64,000 bases of DNA from Pseudomonadota bacterium (GCA_040387495.1 JAZKDQ010000004.1:1-64000), one strand, 5' to 3'. Shown: positions 19,950 to 30,803, numbered from the stretch's first letter. Translations and numbers: made by a program. Notes: a model not told the origin generated them from the letters alone.

Positions 19950-21257
19950 ATGAACCATAACAATATATTCACAATCATCAAATATTTTTCTATACAATTT
20001 TTAATTTCCCACAATTCTTATTCGATGAATATACATGAGAATAACGAGATTGCTCAACCTGCATCCTCGCTATCGATGAATGACATGAATAACAATGTGA
20101 CCCTTCCCATGGTACATGCACTGACATTCAATCAATGCGAATATTCAAAATTTTTACGCACATTGCCAGACACTATTCTATTTGGCTGCACTCATCTATT
20201 TCGCTGGAACGTGATTGGTGACGTATTACCAGAAGCTTTTGATAAACAAAATTGGAATGCCGTTAAGGGTTTGCTTGACACAAGTCCGCCCAAACACTTG
20301 TTGCTTGAACTTTTTAAAGAAGAACGTCCTGATATCCATCAGTTTCTTCAAGACTACCAAGAACCAACCCAGGCAGAGCGTGATGCAGCCTTAATTAATG
20401 CGGCAGCACGTGATCAAAATCGTTTTGCTGAAGACCTTTTAAGCCAATTCGAAATACCGCCATCAATAGAGGTGATCAAAAAAGCAATTTTTGCAGCCGT
20501 CAATTCTTGCAACTATTGTCGTGGTGAGATTGCAGAAGCATTGATCATATACGGGGGAGAAGAAGTTAAGGGGTATGCATTAAATAGTGCTTTTGAACGT
20601 TTAATAGAAAGAGGCGCTTTACTTGATTTAACAAATTATTATAATAAAACACAAGCAGTATTTGAAACTACTTTAAGATATCGCCCTCCCTTAAAAGACA
20701 TCGGAAAACTGTATGAACGCAGCTTTGAATTTTCGGGACTGTTTATTCGTCTCGCATTACTCAGAGCTTATAAAAAAGGAGAAGCGGAGGCTGATATTGG
20801 TTTAAGAACAAACCCACAGCTCGTTCAAAGATTATCATTGGAAGTGCAAAAATTGGAAAATGTGCTGAGTGTATCAGGACTCCCCAAAATGGTTGTACTT
20901 AATTTGCAGATAGAACTTCAAAAGAAAAAAATGGAGCTTCTGTGGTATCAAGGCACCCCTAATATTTTAAAAGCATCTAAAAAAGATGCCAACCTGCATC
21001 TAGAATATTATAAACAGTTAAGGAAAGCAGAAGCAAAAGAGTGTGGAGCTGACAGCAACTACGCTTTTGATTATGGCAAGAAACATTATTATCCAGCAGA
21101 TGCAACTGATGAAGTAAAATGGGATTGTAATGAAAAATATTTTGATGAGGGGGACGACTGGCAGGAAAGTTGCGTAATAAACTCGGAAGCAAAGCGATTA
21201 GAAGCAAAGCAAAAGGTCCTCCTCCACACAAGAATTACAGAATTGGGGGTTATTTAA
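19950..21257 (+). CDS. Orphan putative secreted protein with degenerate ankyrin-like repeats
   Basis: Leader ending NSYS-MN; ALINAAARDQNRFAEDLL and AIFAAVNSCNYCRGEIAEALIIYG. Confidence 0.65.
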   Translation: MNHNNIFTIIKYFSIQFLISHNSYSMNIHENNEIAQPASSLSMNDMNNNVTLPMVHALTFNQCEYSKFLRTLPDTILFGCTHLFRWNVIGDVLPEAFDKQNWNAVKGLLDTSPPKHLLLELFKEERPDIHQFLQDYQEPTQAERDAALINAAARDQNRFAEDLLSQFEIPPSIEVIKKAIFAAVNSCNYCRGEIAEALIIYGGEEVKGYALNSAFERLIERGALLDLTNYYNKTQAVFETTLRYRPPLKDIGKLYERSFEFSGLFIRLALLRAYKKGEAEADIGLRTNPQLVQRLSLEVQKLENVLSVSGLPKMVVLNLQIELQKKKMELLWYQGTPNILKASKKDANLHLEYYKQLRKAEAKECGADSNYAFDYGKKHYYPADATDEVKWDCNEKYFDEGDDWQESCVINSEAKRLEAKQKVLLHTRITELGVI

Positions 21258-21339
21258 CTATTTGAGCATTTTTTGCTATTTAACGAGATAATTTTGTCCT
21301 CCTTAGAACAGCACAGAAACAAAATAACTTAAATTGTTA

Positions 21340-21372
21340 CCCACAATCTTATCTTGAGATTGTGGTTTTTTT
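21340..21372 (+). terminator. Intrinsic terminator
   Basis: CCACAATCT...AGATTGTGG stem followed by T7. Confidence 0.75.
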
Positions 21373-21561
21373 ATGTTCACACATGTATTAAATAAAAAAT
21401 CTCTTCCTTCACCATCATTTTCTCATAGAGTCAAAAAACTATTGTTTTCATTTAAATGCCCCTCGAATCAAACAATTTCAATGAATCCCTCCAGTCCCCT
21501 TGAAATGCATTGATGATAGCGCTAGCATATTAATGTATATACATATATTTGAGGAATTTTT

Positions 21562-22314
21562 ATGAAAAAAATACGTTCAGCGTTTTTAGCCAGCCTTGCT
21601 GGAATGTTTTTACTTAACACAGCACTTGTTTGCGCTGAAGGGTCAAAACTCGTACTCGGCACAAAAGTTGAAAAGCATGTCATGCAAAACGAACGTGATC
21701 ATTTTGCGTTTCATGACGGCCAAGTCTGGGCACAAATTGAATTAAAGCCATCTACTGATGGACATGTAACCTTTGTTTGGACACGTGATGGAAAACCTTA
21801 CACAGAATTCAAGACAGCAACGAAAAAAAGCGATCGTTACCGCACACAAGCATTTGTAACAGCACACCCTGGCAAATGGCATGTTGCCGTCAAGTCAGAT
21901 GCAAATGTTGTCTTAGCTGAAAAAGACTTTAGTGTTGATGGCATGGATGGTGTGACAGAAGGTCTATCCCCTACAAATGCAATACAAAAAAAATCAAAAG
22001 AAAAAGCAGACATCAAGCCCCCTGTTAAAGATGAAACCAAAACTGTTTCTGGTATTAATGAAGCTTTAAAAGCACTTAACCCAACGGATTCCAAGCCAGA
22101 AGTTAAGGCTAATGAAAAGCCAGCTGCGAAATCGGAACCATCGCCAGAAAAAGTAAAGGTGAATGAGAGCTTAAAGACGAATAATCAAGCGACTTACACA
22201 AAATCTGCAGATGCGAAACCAACAGATGCGAAGCCTGGGGATGCTAAACCTACAGATGGAAAGTCTGTCAATACAAAGGAAGCTGATGTAAAATCAGCAG
22301 TACCAAAGGGGTAA
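21562..22314 (+). CDS. Exported protein with DUF2914-like beta domain and Lys/Pro-rich low-complexity tail
   Basis: Signal peptide; VTFVWTRDG..RYRTQAF..PGKWHVAVKSDANVVLAEKDFSV; DAKP repeats. Confidence 0.65.
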   Translation: MKKIRSAFLASLAGMFLLNTALVCAEGSKLVLGTKVEKHVMQNERDHFAFHDGQVWAQIELKPSTDGHVTFVWTRDGKPYTEFKTATKKSDRYRTQAFVTAHPGKWHVAVKSDANVVLAEKDFSVDGMDGVTEGLSPTNAIQKKSKEKADIKPPVKDETKTVSGINEALKALNPTDSKPEVKANEKPAAKSEPSPEKVKVNESLKTNNQATYTKSADAKPTDAKPGDAKPTDGKSVNTKEADVKSAVPKG

Positions 22315-22348
22315 CTTAAAAAGCACCTCATCTATCACCGTGCCTTTA

Positions 22349-22399
22349 TTGTCATCTCCGTGCTTGCCCCGGGGATGACAATGGTAGCAGGAATGACAA
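22349..22399. repeat. REP/RPE-like palindromic element (GTCAT...ATGAC family)
   Basis: TTGTCATCTCCG...CGGGGATGACAA hairpin plus GCAGGAATGACA. Confidence 0.65.
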
Positions 22400-22414
22400 A
22401 AAGAGAGTTCGAAA

Positions 22415-23653
22415 ATGACAAGGGGAAACATAAAGACAAAAACACTTATTAATAGGCGTAAAATGTTATGTGATCAGTTTTCTGTTCTCTATGCACTTAT
22501 TGCCATATTGCTGTGCTTAAGTGGATGCCGTGAAGAAGAAAAACCATCTCATTCTGCTGAAGAATCCGCAAAACAAACACTTGAAATTCTATTGCCAGAA
22601 GTACTAGAACGTGTTCGTTCAGACTATATTGACGCCGTTCCTGAGCATCGCCTCATTGAAGGTGCACTCGGTGGCATTCTATTCGCCCTCGATCCTTATT
22701 CCCTTTATCTTGATCCCAATGATTCAGCTGAACTTAAAGGTATTAGCAAAGGTGAATTTGGCGGAATTGGGCTTGAAATTCTTCCCTCAAAAACGGGAAT
22801 GAAAGTTATTTCTGCCATTGACGACACACCAGCACAACATGCATCTATTCAGGCTGGCGATCTCATTACGCATATAAATGGGCAAGATGTAACAAAAATT
22901 CTTGTATCAGATGCCCTGCGTCAATTGTACGGAAAACCCGGAACTGACATAAAATTATCAATTCTTGAACAAAGCGGCAAGCAACGCGACCTCACTCTCA
23001 CACGGTCAACAATCAAAGTTAATCCTGTCAGATCATCTATAAAAGATAAAATTGCTTACTTGCGTATTAGTTTATTTAATGAGCATTGCGAAAAGGAAGT
23101 TATACACACCATTGATGGTTTTTTGAAAGAAGGCAAGTTACATGGCCTTATTATCGATTTGCGTAACAACCCTGGTGGCATACTTGAACAAGCAGTTTAT
23201 GTCACAAGTTTATTCTTAGATGGCGGCACAGTTGTGCGTGTTCAGGGACGCACGAGCCATGATACACAGCAATATGAAGCAAAAGATCACGATCGTGTAC
23301 GCGGCCTTCCTATTGTTATTCTTATTAATAAAGGATCAGCATCAGGTTCTGAAATTTTTGCCGCTGCACTCAAAGATCACAAACGCGCCATCATTATGGG
23401 ATCGCGCTCCTTTGGTAAAGGTTCTGTTCAAACGCTTTTCCCACTCTCGAACAATGGTATCTTAAAACTGACCACAGCTTATTTCTATTCACCTAAAAAT
23501 ATTAAGATTCATGAAAAAGGGGTAGAACCTGATATATCCGTTGAAGCAGACCAGCATGATGTGATGTTTGATTCAGAGCGAGATGCGCAACTTAAGCGTG
23601 CATATGATTTATTGCGTGGCTTATCATTCTTTCAAGTAAGGGATCATCAATGA
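22415..23653 (+). CDS. ctpA: S41 family carboxy-terminal processing protease
   Basis: LDPYS, GEFGGIG PDZ domain, IDLRNNPGG, KGSASGSE, SFGKGSVQ. Confidence 0.93.
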   Translation: MTRGNIKTKTLINRRKMLCDQFSVLYALIAILLCLSGCREEEKPSHSAEESAKQTLEILLPEVLERVRSDYIDAVPEHRLIEGALGGILFALDPYSLYLDPNDSAELKGISKGEFGGIGLEILPSKTGMKVISAIDDTPAQHASIQAGDLITHINGQDVTKILVSDALRQLYGKPGTDIKLSILEQSGKQRDLTLTRSTIKVNPVRSSIKDKIAYLRISLFNEHCEKEVIHTIDGFLKEGKLHGLIIDLRNNPGGILEQAVYVTSLFLDGGTVVRVQGRTSHDTQQYEAKDHDRVRGLPIVILINKGSASGSEIFAAALKDHKRAIIMGSRSFGKGSVQTLFPLSNNGILKLTTAYFYSPKNIKIHEKGVEPDISVEADQHDVMFDSERDAQLKRAYDLLRGLSFFQVRDHQ

Positions 23654-24507
23654 AAAGTATCATTTTCTTCATATTCACCGTACTCAGCATTCCTCTCTTA
23701 GCTGAAGAAAAAAGTGGGCAACACAACAAACAAGAAACAGTCCCAATAAAACAACCCCATGAATCTGATGAGGAATCATCGCATTTGTATTTTCCTTTAA
23801 AAGCTGAACTTGATCCTATTACACTAAAAAAGCTTCAGTCTCCCAGGCAACCAATAACAGCGATGCCTGTTGCCCTCTGGGTTGGCGGAATTAATCGCCT
23901 TACTGCTGGTGCTGCATTTTTATCAAGGTTACCCACACATATAGGAATTTTGATTAATCCATTCGAGGCATTACCAGCAGATGTGCTCGCTCTAATATCA
24001 AAGCAAGGCCGAAATTGGGCACTTATTATACCAACACGAAATCGTTTTGATGGTGGGGCCCGTTCGCCAGAAACTTTAAATGGCACAAAAGAATCACATG
24101 CATATTTTGAACAAGTAGTAATTCAAACAAAAATTAAAACCGTATTTATCCCTGATATGGTAGATGTTGATCAAGAAATACTTGAATTCACTGTAGCACT
24201 TGCAAAAAAACATGGGCTTACACTCATCGTCCCTCCGCAGTTTTTTAGCAATATACAAGGGCTTTGCCAAAAGCAAGGCGTAGATTATCAATTAATCGAT
24301 GCTTTTGCACCAAATGATGTTACATTTGATGACTTCAAGGCAATTTTATCTGAAAGCATAGGAAAGATAAAAGATACGGGTGAGCTAAAAATAGCCATAC
24401 TGCTAACAGATGAACAAAAAAAAATGTATTTTAATGAGTATATTCAATTAATTCAGGCTAATCATGGACTTTTTGTTGACGAGAAACCTGTGATGCAGGC
24501 AAAATAA
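23650..24507 (+). CDS. Divergent polysaccharide deacetylase-like exported protein
   Basis: Signal peptide, overlap with the ctpA stop, and the position between ctpA and rppH that is conserved in Alphaproteobacteria; sequence resemblance weak. Confidence 0.5.
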   Translation: MKSIIFFIFTVLSIPLLAEEKSGQHNKQETVPIKQPHESDEESSHLYFPLKAELDPITLKKLQSPRQPITAMPVALWVGGINRLTAGAAFLSRLPTHIGILINPFEALPADVLALISKQGRNWALIIPTRNRFDGGARSPETLNGTKESHAYFEQVVIQTKIKTVFIPDMVDVDQEILEFTVALAKKHGLTLIVPPQFFSNIQGLCQKQGVDYQLIDAFAPNDVTFDDFKAILSESIGKIKDTGELKIAILLTDEQKKMYFNEYIQLIQANHGLFVDEKPVMQAK

Positions 24508-24542
24508 GTGAAGAAAAGCAACATGTTGTACTCCAACCCCGC

Positions 24543-24679
24543 GTCATTCCTGGACTTGATCCGGAGATCTTTACTATCAAGGCCACATACAGACTGTCGA
24601 TTGTGTTCTTAAATCACGACATAACAAACTGTTTGACTTTGAGTTTTCATAGATACTCGCGTCAGCTGTGAGTATGACA
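24543..24679. repeat. REP/RPE-like palindromic element
   Basis: GTCATTCCTGGACTTGATCCGGAGATCT ... AGATACTCGCGTCAGCTGTGAGTATGAC. Confidence 0.65.
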
Positions 24680-24738
24680 ATATAGTTTTGTATTTATAAC
24701 AATTTTGATGTTAAAAATAATAATAAGAAAGAATAAAA

Positions 24739-25212
24739 ATGGAATCTGTAATGCATTATCGACCAGGTGTTGGAATGATGCTTGTTAATAAAGAAAAGAA
24801 AGTATGGGTTGGTGAGCGTATCAACTCCCCTCATGCTTGGCAAATGCCTCAAGGGGGCATTGATCCTGAAGAAGAGCCACTTAAAGCGGCTTTTCGTGAA
24901 TTGTATGAAGAAACAGGGATACAGGCTAGTAGCGTAACGGTCATTGCCGAATCAATTGATTGGTTAACGTTTATGTGGCCAGAGGACCTGCAAAAAAAAC
25001 TATGGGACGGCCTTTATATCGGCCAACGTCAAAAGTGGTTTTTAATGCGTTTAGATACCGATCACGATGCAACTGATCTTAACCTTCATCATCCAGAATT
25101 TTCCGCTCACAAGTGGGTTGATGTTAGCGAATTACTACCGATAATTGTGGATTTTAAGCACGATATGTATCGTGAAATTACAACTGAATTTGCATGGTAT
25201 TTCAATGATTGA
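24739..25212 (+). CDS. rppH: RNA pyrophosphohydrolase
   Basis: YRPGVG, WQMPQGGID..AAFRELYEETG Nudix box, GQRQKWFL. Confidence 0.95.
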   Translation: MESVMHYRPGVGMMLVNKEKKVWVGERINSPHAWQMPQGGIDPEEEPLKAAFRELYEETGIQASSVTVIAESIDWLTFMWPEDLQKKLWDGLYIGQRQKWFLMRLDTDHDATDLNLHHPEFSAHKWVDVSELLPIIVDFKHDMYREITTEFAWYFND

Positions 25213-25990
25213 TCAAAAAATTAGTATTTTCATTCAGTGGCTGCAAGGATATCCTTCCGAGCTCTCTTCACTTTTAATGTTTTTCGTGTGTGTTCTGGCA
25301 ATCTTAGGTGCTTGCTGGTATGGGTATGGCGCTTTGTGTGCATATAATGCACTTGCAATTGTTATTGCAAACATCCAGGTGCTCCGTCTTGGTAGCTACC
25401 TTTCAACACCAGAACCAATTGCGCTCGGTACCGTTTTGTTTGCAACCACCTATTTGGTGAGTGATATCATAACAGAGCATTATGGAGCCCAAGCTGCACG
25501 TAGAACAATTTTAATCAGCTTCATGGCTCAATTGGTTGTTAGTCTTTGGATGCTACTTTGTCTTGCACATCCAGGAATACACGCCACTACGAGCGCTAAC
25601 GCTGGTATTATAGAGCAGCAAAACCAGATCTTTAAAAGCATGTGGCTGGTGTTTATTCCATCAATACGCTTTTTTGTCGCCAGCCTTGTGTCATATGTGG
25701 CAACTCAATTAATTGATATTTCCTTATATCAATGGATACGACAGAAATCCAATGATCGCTACCTGTGGCTGCGTCAAAATGTGTCGATGTTCGTATCAGG
25801 CTTTCTTGATAATTTAATCTTCAGCGTACTCGCATGGATTGTGTTGAGCCCGAATCCACTCACTTTCAATACCGTAATTGTGAGTTATGTGCTTGCAGGA
25901 TGCATTGTGCGTATTATCGTGAACATCATGGGAACACCTGTGTTGTATTGGAGCTATCGCTTTGTAAAAGTCCGGCGGGTTGCAGGGTGA
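25205..25990 (+). CDS. Queuosine precursor transporter (VUT/YhhQ, DUF165)
   Basis: IANIQV, GTVLFATTYLVSDIITEHYG, RFFVASLVSY, LWLRQNVS; the ATG overlaps the rppH end. Confidence 0.88.
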   Translation: MIDQKISIFIQWLQGYPSELSSLLMFFVCVLAILGACWYGYGALCAYNALAIVIANIQVLRLGSYLSTPEPIALGTVLFATTYLVSDIITEHYGAQAARRTILISFMAQLVVSLWMLLCLAHPGIHATTSANAGIIEQQNQIFKSMWLVFIPSIRFFVASLVSYVATQLIDISLYQWIRQKSNDRYLWLRQNVSMFVSGFLDNLIFSVLAWIVLSPNPLTFNTVIVSYVLAGCIVRIIVNIMGTPVLYWSYRFVKVRRVAG

Positions 25991-26032
25991 GTTGATTGTA
26001 AAAATCGAACCCAACATTGGATGGGAAATATA

Positions 26033-26884
26033 TTATATTAAAACATCAAATCGCTTATTTAACGTTTGTATTCCTACTAACAACGTATCAATCTTTGCCT
26101 CAAGTGCATCTATCCTATCTGCGCCGTTTTGATTAGAATCCAAAAATTTACCTTGATTTTCTTTTGCTCTTTGTATGTTTGCCAAGGCTTCTTCGTTTTC
26201 TTTATCGGCTGCCTTTTGCATTGCATTAACGATAAGACCAAAGAATAAGTTCAACATTGAAAAAGCCATAATAATTATGAATGGGATAAAAAAAAGCCAC
26301 GAATATGGCATTTTTTCTAAAATTGGACGTGTAGTATTTGACCATTCATCGCACAGCATTAATTGAAATAATGTATACATTGATCCGCCCAATGAATTAA
26401 ACATCTCGGGGCTAACATCATGAAACAAATTATATGCAAGTACAGAAAAAACGTAAAACATCATGCACAAAAGACAAGCGACACTGAAAATACCTGGAAT
26501 AGCCATATAAATTGCGGATATAACCATGCGCATTTGCGGAAAGATTGAAATCAATCGCATAATACGAATAATACGGACCACACGAAGAACAGATAAAACA
26601 GGCAATGTGCTGACAACAGAAACTAAAATGGTCACCATATCAAAGAGATTCCAACCACACCTGAGGAACCTAAAGCCCCCTGCAAGTATACGCAATGACA
26701 GCTCAACCACAAAAACACATAATAAAATCTGGTCAATGGTTTGAAGAACGCTCAAATAAGGCCGCATAGATTCATATGTTTCTGCCCCCAATGTAATCGC
26801 ATTAAGTATGATTAAAATGGCAACAAATACGTGTGCACGATTACTATTAATAAATTTTTCAAGTTTATTATTTATGGGTAACAT
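26033..26884 (-). CDS. BacNav-family voltage-gated ion channel
   Basis: S2 FVVELSLR, S3 WNLFD, S4 LRVVRIIRIMRL, pore helix TLFQLM-LCDEWSN, S6 LNLFFGLIVNAM, C-terminal coiled coil. Confidence 0.92.
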   Translation of the reverse strand: MLPINNKLEKFINSNRAHVFVAILIILNAITLGAETYESMRPYLSVLQTIDQILLCVFVVELSLRILAGGFRFLRCGWNLFDMVTILVSVVSTLPVLSVLRVVRIIRIMRLISIFPQMRMVISAIYMAIPGIFSVACLLCMMFYVFSVLAYNLFHDVSPEMFNSLGGSMYTLFQLMLCDEWSNTTRPILEKMPYSWLFFIPFIIIMAFSMLNLFFGLIVNAMQKAADKENEEALANIQRAKENQGKFLDSNQNGADRIDALEAKIDTLLVGIQTLNKRFDVLI

Positions 26885-26924
26885 ATGGGTTTGTCCTTTC
26901 CATTTTCTCCAAATCTTTCCAGCT

Positions 26925-27022
26925 TCCTTGCGGCATGACCAGAAGGTCCATGGATCCCTATGATCAAGTCATAGGAAAACTAAGGAAAGTTTGTAACAAT
27001 CCTGCAGAGCTCGCAATGACGG
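26925..27022. repeat. Degenerate REP/RPE-like element remnants
   Basis: GCGGCATGAC, GGATCCCTATGATCAAGTCATAGG hairpin, GCTCGCAATGACG. Confidence 0.45.
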
Positions 27023-27060
27023 TGAAAATTCTAATTTTATGAATTAATTTTTTATACAAA

Positions 27061-28095
27061 TTACTTACGTAACAATTTCTTGTGATGCTTATACACAGCT
27101 TCTGCGATTTGAACACCATTCAACGCCGCACCTTTTCTAAGATTATCAGCCACAATCCACATTGACAACCCAAATGGCACCGATAAGTCGTTACGCAAAC
27201 GGCTAACATAGATCTCATCATCTTGTGCGATTTCAACAGGTGTAAAGAATTGATCTGCAGTCTTAGGCATTTTTATTGCCTTTGATGCCTTTAGCGCGGC
27301 ATGCATAGCTTTTAGGTCAAACGCTGCTGTACATTCTACGTTTGCTGAAATCGAATGCCCTATAAACACAGGAACACGCACACAGGTCGCTGCAACAGTA
27401 ATTTCAGTCGATAAAATCTTCTTCGTTTCCTCGATCATTTTTAGTTCTTCTTTGGTCGATCCATCAGCCATAAACGCATCAATCTTAGGAATCACATTAA
27501 AAGCAATGGGCTTTGGAAAAAGTTTATTTTCCGTCGATGGTTGATTCATCAACACTGTCTTTGTCTCGTTAAATAATATATCCATGGCCTTTTGACCCGC
27601 ACCTGATACCGCTTGATAGGTTGAAACGACAATGCGTTTAATGGGGGATACATCATGAATAGGTTTTAATGCAGCTACTAATTGAATGGTGGAACAATTT
27701 GGATTTGCAATAATACGTCGCTTGGCGGCAAGCGCAATAGCGTCTGGATTAACTTCAGGCACAACTAACGGCACATCCTCATCCATACGAAAGCGTGATG
27801 ACTTATCAATGACAAGCGCGCCTTGTGCAGCCGCGATGGGTGCATATTGCGCTGAAACATCGCCGCCAGCCGAGAAGAAAGCAATATGGGTCGTACTAAA
27901 ATCGAATGTATTAAGGGCTTTTATCATTAACTCACCATGATGGCCATATGAAACTTTTATGCCTTTTGATCGTTCAGAAGCAATGGCAAATATATTTTCT
28001 TTCGGCACGCCACGTTCTGCCAAAATTGATAAAAGTGTCCGTCCAACAGCTCCCGTTGCGCCGACTACAGCAAAGTTAAGATCAGCAAATGTCAT
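27061..28095 (-). CDS. asd: Aspartate-semialdehyde dehydrogenase
   Basis: VVGATGAVG, NPNCSTIQ, STYQAVSGAG, CVRVPVFIGHS, DNLRKGAALN. Confidence 0.97.
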   Translation of the reverse strand: MTFADLNFAVVGATGAVGRTLLSILAERGVPKENIFAIASERSKGIKVSYGHHGELMIKALNTFDFSTTHIAFFSAGGDVSAQYAPIAAAQGALVIDKSSRFRMDEDVPLVVPEVNPDAIALAAKRRIIANPNCSTIQLVAALKPIHDVSPIKRIVVSTYQAVSGAGQKAMDILFNETKTVLMNQPSTENKLFPKPIAFNVIPKIDAFMADGSTKEELKMIEETKKILSTEITVAATCVRVPVFIGHSISANVECTAAFDLKAMHAALKASKAIKMPKTADQFFTPVEIAQDDEIYVSRLRNDLSVPFGLSMWIVADNLRKGAALNGVQIAEAVYKHHKKLLRK

Positions 28096-28251
28096 TATTT
28101 TTCCTTTTTCACGATCAAAGATTTATTCACCATTAATAAAAGAACTCTAACACAAAAAAATCCATAAAAGCTAAGTAGCATTTACTATCACCTTGAAATT
28201 CCTTCATTTCGCATGCGATCATTAAAATGTATTTAAAATTCTGGAGATCAC

Positions 28252-30702
28252 ATGCACGTACTAAAATTCGGTGGCACATCTGTTGGCTCAGCTAAACGAT
28301 TATTGGAATGCTTGGCGATTGTACGCGATCGAGTGAATCAAACACGTGTTGGCATTGTTTTATCGGCAGTTTCTGGCATTACAAATAAGCTCGATGCAAG
28401 CATCCAAGCGGCTAAAGTTGGTGCAGACATTGACAGCTTAGTTGATCCAATTGCATCTATCCATCATGCGATTATAGATGAGCTTGCGCTGAACAGGCCC
28501 GCCCTTGCCAAAGATGAACTAAATCAATTTCTAGATGATATCTGTCAAAAATATAAAGCATTACTGCATGGTATTCAGCTGATTAACGAATGCCCGATCA
28601 AGGTATACTGTCAAATCTTAAGTTTCGGTGAACGTTTATCCGCACGCATTTTTACGGAACTTTTACGTTGCGAAGGGATCAATCCACACTTCATTGACGC
28701 CGCTGATTTTATCAAAACAAAAGGCGCACTTGATGAAGGCACTCCTGTTATGGAAGAGCTTGAGAATAGATTCAAAGTTCTACTCGATAGCCCCCACAAA
28801 TGTATTCTTATGTCAGGTTTCATCGCATCAGACATGGATGGCAAGCTAAGCCTTTTAGGGCGCAATGGATCAGATTTTTCGGGAAGTCTCATGGCAGTTG
28901 GTCTTAATGCTGAACGCTGTGAAATCTGGACTGATGTCGATGGTATTTACACATCTGACCCCAACAAAATTCATGATGCAATGTTGATTAAAAGCATGAG
29001 TTATGGCGAAGCAATGGAGCTTGCCTTTTACGGCGCCACGGTTTTGCACCCAAAAACCACCTCTGCCTTGGCTGATCGTGATATCCCACTTTACATCAAA
29101 AATACATTTAACCCGGCGCATCCTGGCACGTGTATTTCCCGTACTGCGCCAGCAGATGACTATTTAATCCGCGCAGTTTCAGCAATGAATAATGTAGCAT
29201 TGATCAATGTTTCTGGACCAGGCATGAAAGGAATGTCTGGGATTGCCGCACGTATTTTTGGGACAGTTTCAAAATGCGGCGTATCAATTGCACTTATTAG
29301 TCAATCAAGCTCAGAGTATTCAATTTGTTTTTGCGTGCCCGATAAGGATGCTGCTATTGTTCAAGAGGCTCTCTCAATAGAGTTTGTTTTAGAATACAAT
29401 GCTAAGCTAATTGACATGATTGAAATCATCTCCAATCAGTCAGTTATTTGTATTGTTGGTGATCAAATGCGATCACATTGTGGTGTTGCAGGTAAATTCT
29501 TTCAAGCGTTATCTACTGCCAGCATTAATATTTCTGCCATCGAACAAGGGTCATCAGAACGTTGCATATCCGCTGTAATTAATGGCGATCAAAGCGCTCG
29601 TGCCATCCAATCTGTGCATCGGGCATTCTTTAAAAGCCATCAATCCATTGACCTTTATGTATGTGGTGTTGGCTCAGTCGGATCAGAACTCATTGATCAG
29701 ATCGCGCAGCAACGCCAGACATTGCACGAGGAAGGCATTGATATTAACGTATGCGGTATCGCAAATTCGAGCACAATGATATGTGCTGAAGGTGGGCTTG
29801 ATCTTGTTAATTGGCGTGCAGACTTAAACGCATCAAATCATGCAAGTGTTGTTTCAGCTATGGCTGAGCATGCAAATCGGACAAAACCACTCAATGGTAT
29901 TTTTGTTGATTGCACAACATCCGAAGCCATCGGGCAAACTTATTTGGATATATTTAAGGCGGGCTTACATGTTGTAACAGCCAATAAAAAAGCAAATAGC
30001 AGTGCTATGAATTATTACGCACAACTCCGCGCTGTTGCAGACAAACACAAAAGACGTTTTTTATATGAAACCAATGTTGGTGCTGGCCTGCCAGTTATTG
30101 ACACGCTTAAAGGACTGCTAAAAAGTGGTGATAAACTGGTTGAATTCTCTGGGATTATGTCTGGATCGATGTCGCTTATTTGCGGCTTGCTTGATGAGGG
30201 AATGTCATTTTCTGAAGCGGTTGAACTGGCGCGCAATAAAAAGTTCACCGAACCTGACCCGCGCGATGACTTAAATGGTATGGATGTTGCGCGAAAAGTT
30301 TTGATTGTAGCACGTGAAGCGGGCCTACAGGTCGAGCTGGATGACGTTGTAATCGAACCTTTGTTTCCCGCTGGTTTTTCATCAACAGGTAATGTGGCAG
30401 AGTTTTTGAGTAACCTTAAAACGGTTGATACATATTTTGCGGAAAAGCTAATGGATTTAAAGGCTGAAAACAAAGTGCTTCGTTTTGTAGGCGCAATAGC
30501 GAATGGTGTATGCAGTGTGGGTATGCAAGCGGTTGGCACAGCTCATCCATTATACCCAATTAAAGGTGGTGAAAATGCCTTTGCATTTAAAACAAAACGG
30601 TATAGTCCAATTCCACTTGTGATTCGTGGGTATGGCGCAGGGGTAGAGGTGACAGCAGCAGGTCTTTTTGCAGATATATTACGGACGGTGGAGTTTAACT
30701 GA
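28252..30702 (+). CDS. thrA: Bifunctional aspartokinase / homoserine dehydrogenase I
   Basis: VLKFGGTSV, LGRNGSD, WTDVDG, two ACT domains, VTANKK, YETNVGAGLP, TEPDPRDDL, RGYGAG. Confidence 0.96.
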   Translation: MHVLKFGGTSVGSAKRLLECLAIVRDRVNQTRVGIVLSAVSGITNKLDASIQAAKVGADIDSLVDPIASIHHAIIDELALNRPALAKDELNQFLDDICQKYKALLHGIQLINECPIKVYCQILSFGERLSARIFTELLRCEGINPHFIDAADFIKTKGALDEGTPVMEELENRFKVLLDSPHKCILMSGFIASDMDGKLSLLGRNGSDFSGSLMAVGLNAERCEIWTDVDGIYTSDPNKIHDAMLIKSMSYGEAMELAFYGATVLHPKTTSALADRDIPLYIKNTFNPAHPGTCISRTAPADDYLIRAVSAMNNVALINVSGPGMKGMSGIAARIFGTVSKCGVSIALISQSSSEYSICFCVPDKDAAIVQEALSIEFVLEYNAKLIDMIEIISNQSVICIVGDQMRSHCGVAGKFFQALSTASINISAIEQGSSERCISAVINGDQSARAIQSVHRAFFKSHQSIDLYVCGVGSVGSELIDQIAQQRQTLHEEGIDINVCGIANSSTMICAEGGLDLVNWRADLNASNHASVVSAMAEHANRTKPLNGIFVDCTTSEAIGQTYLDIFKAGLHVVTANKKANSSAMNYYAQLRAVADKHKRRFLYETNVGAGLPVIDTLKGLLKSGDKLVEFSGIMSGSMSLICGLLDEGMSFSEAVELARNKKFTEPDPRDDLNGMDVARKVLIVAREAGLQVELDDVVIEPLFPAGFSSTGNVAEFLSNLKTVDTYFAEKLMDLKAENKVLRFVGAIANGVCSVGMQAVGTAHPLYPIKGGENAFAFKTKRYSPIPLVIRGYGAGVEVTAAGLFADILRTVEFN

Positions 30703-30728
30703 TAAAATAAGGGTTGTTTTTACTCTGT

Positions 30729-30803
30729 TGTCATCGCGAGGAGTATAACGACGTGGCGATCTGGCCGCTAGATTGCCGCGCCCTTTCAGGGCTCGCAATG
30801 ACA
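30729..30803. repeat. REP/RPE-like palindromic element between thrA and thrB
   Basis: TGTCATCGCGAGGAG..GACGTGGCGATCT..AGATTGCCGCG..CTCGCAATGACA long inverted repeat. Confidence 0.8.

Noticed and set aside
28096..28251. thrL attenuator or lysine riboswitch
   Set aside because: No Thr/Ile-rich leader ORF and no GC-rich structured element visible.
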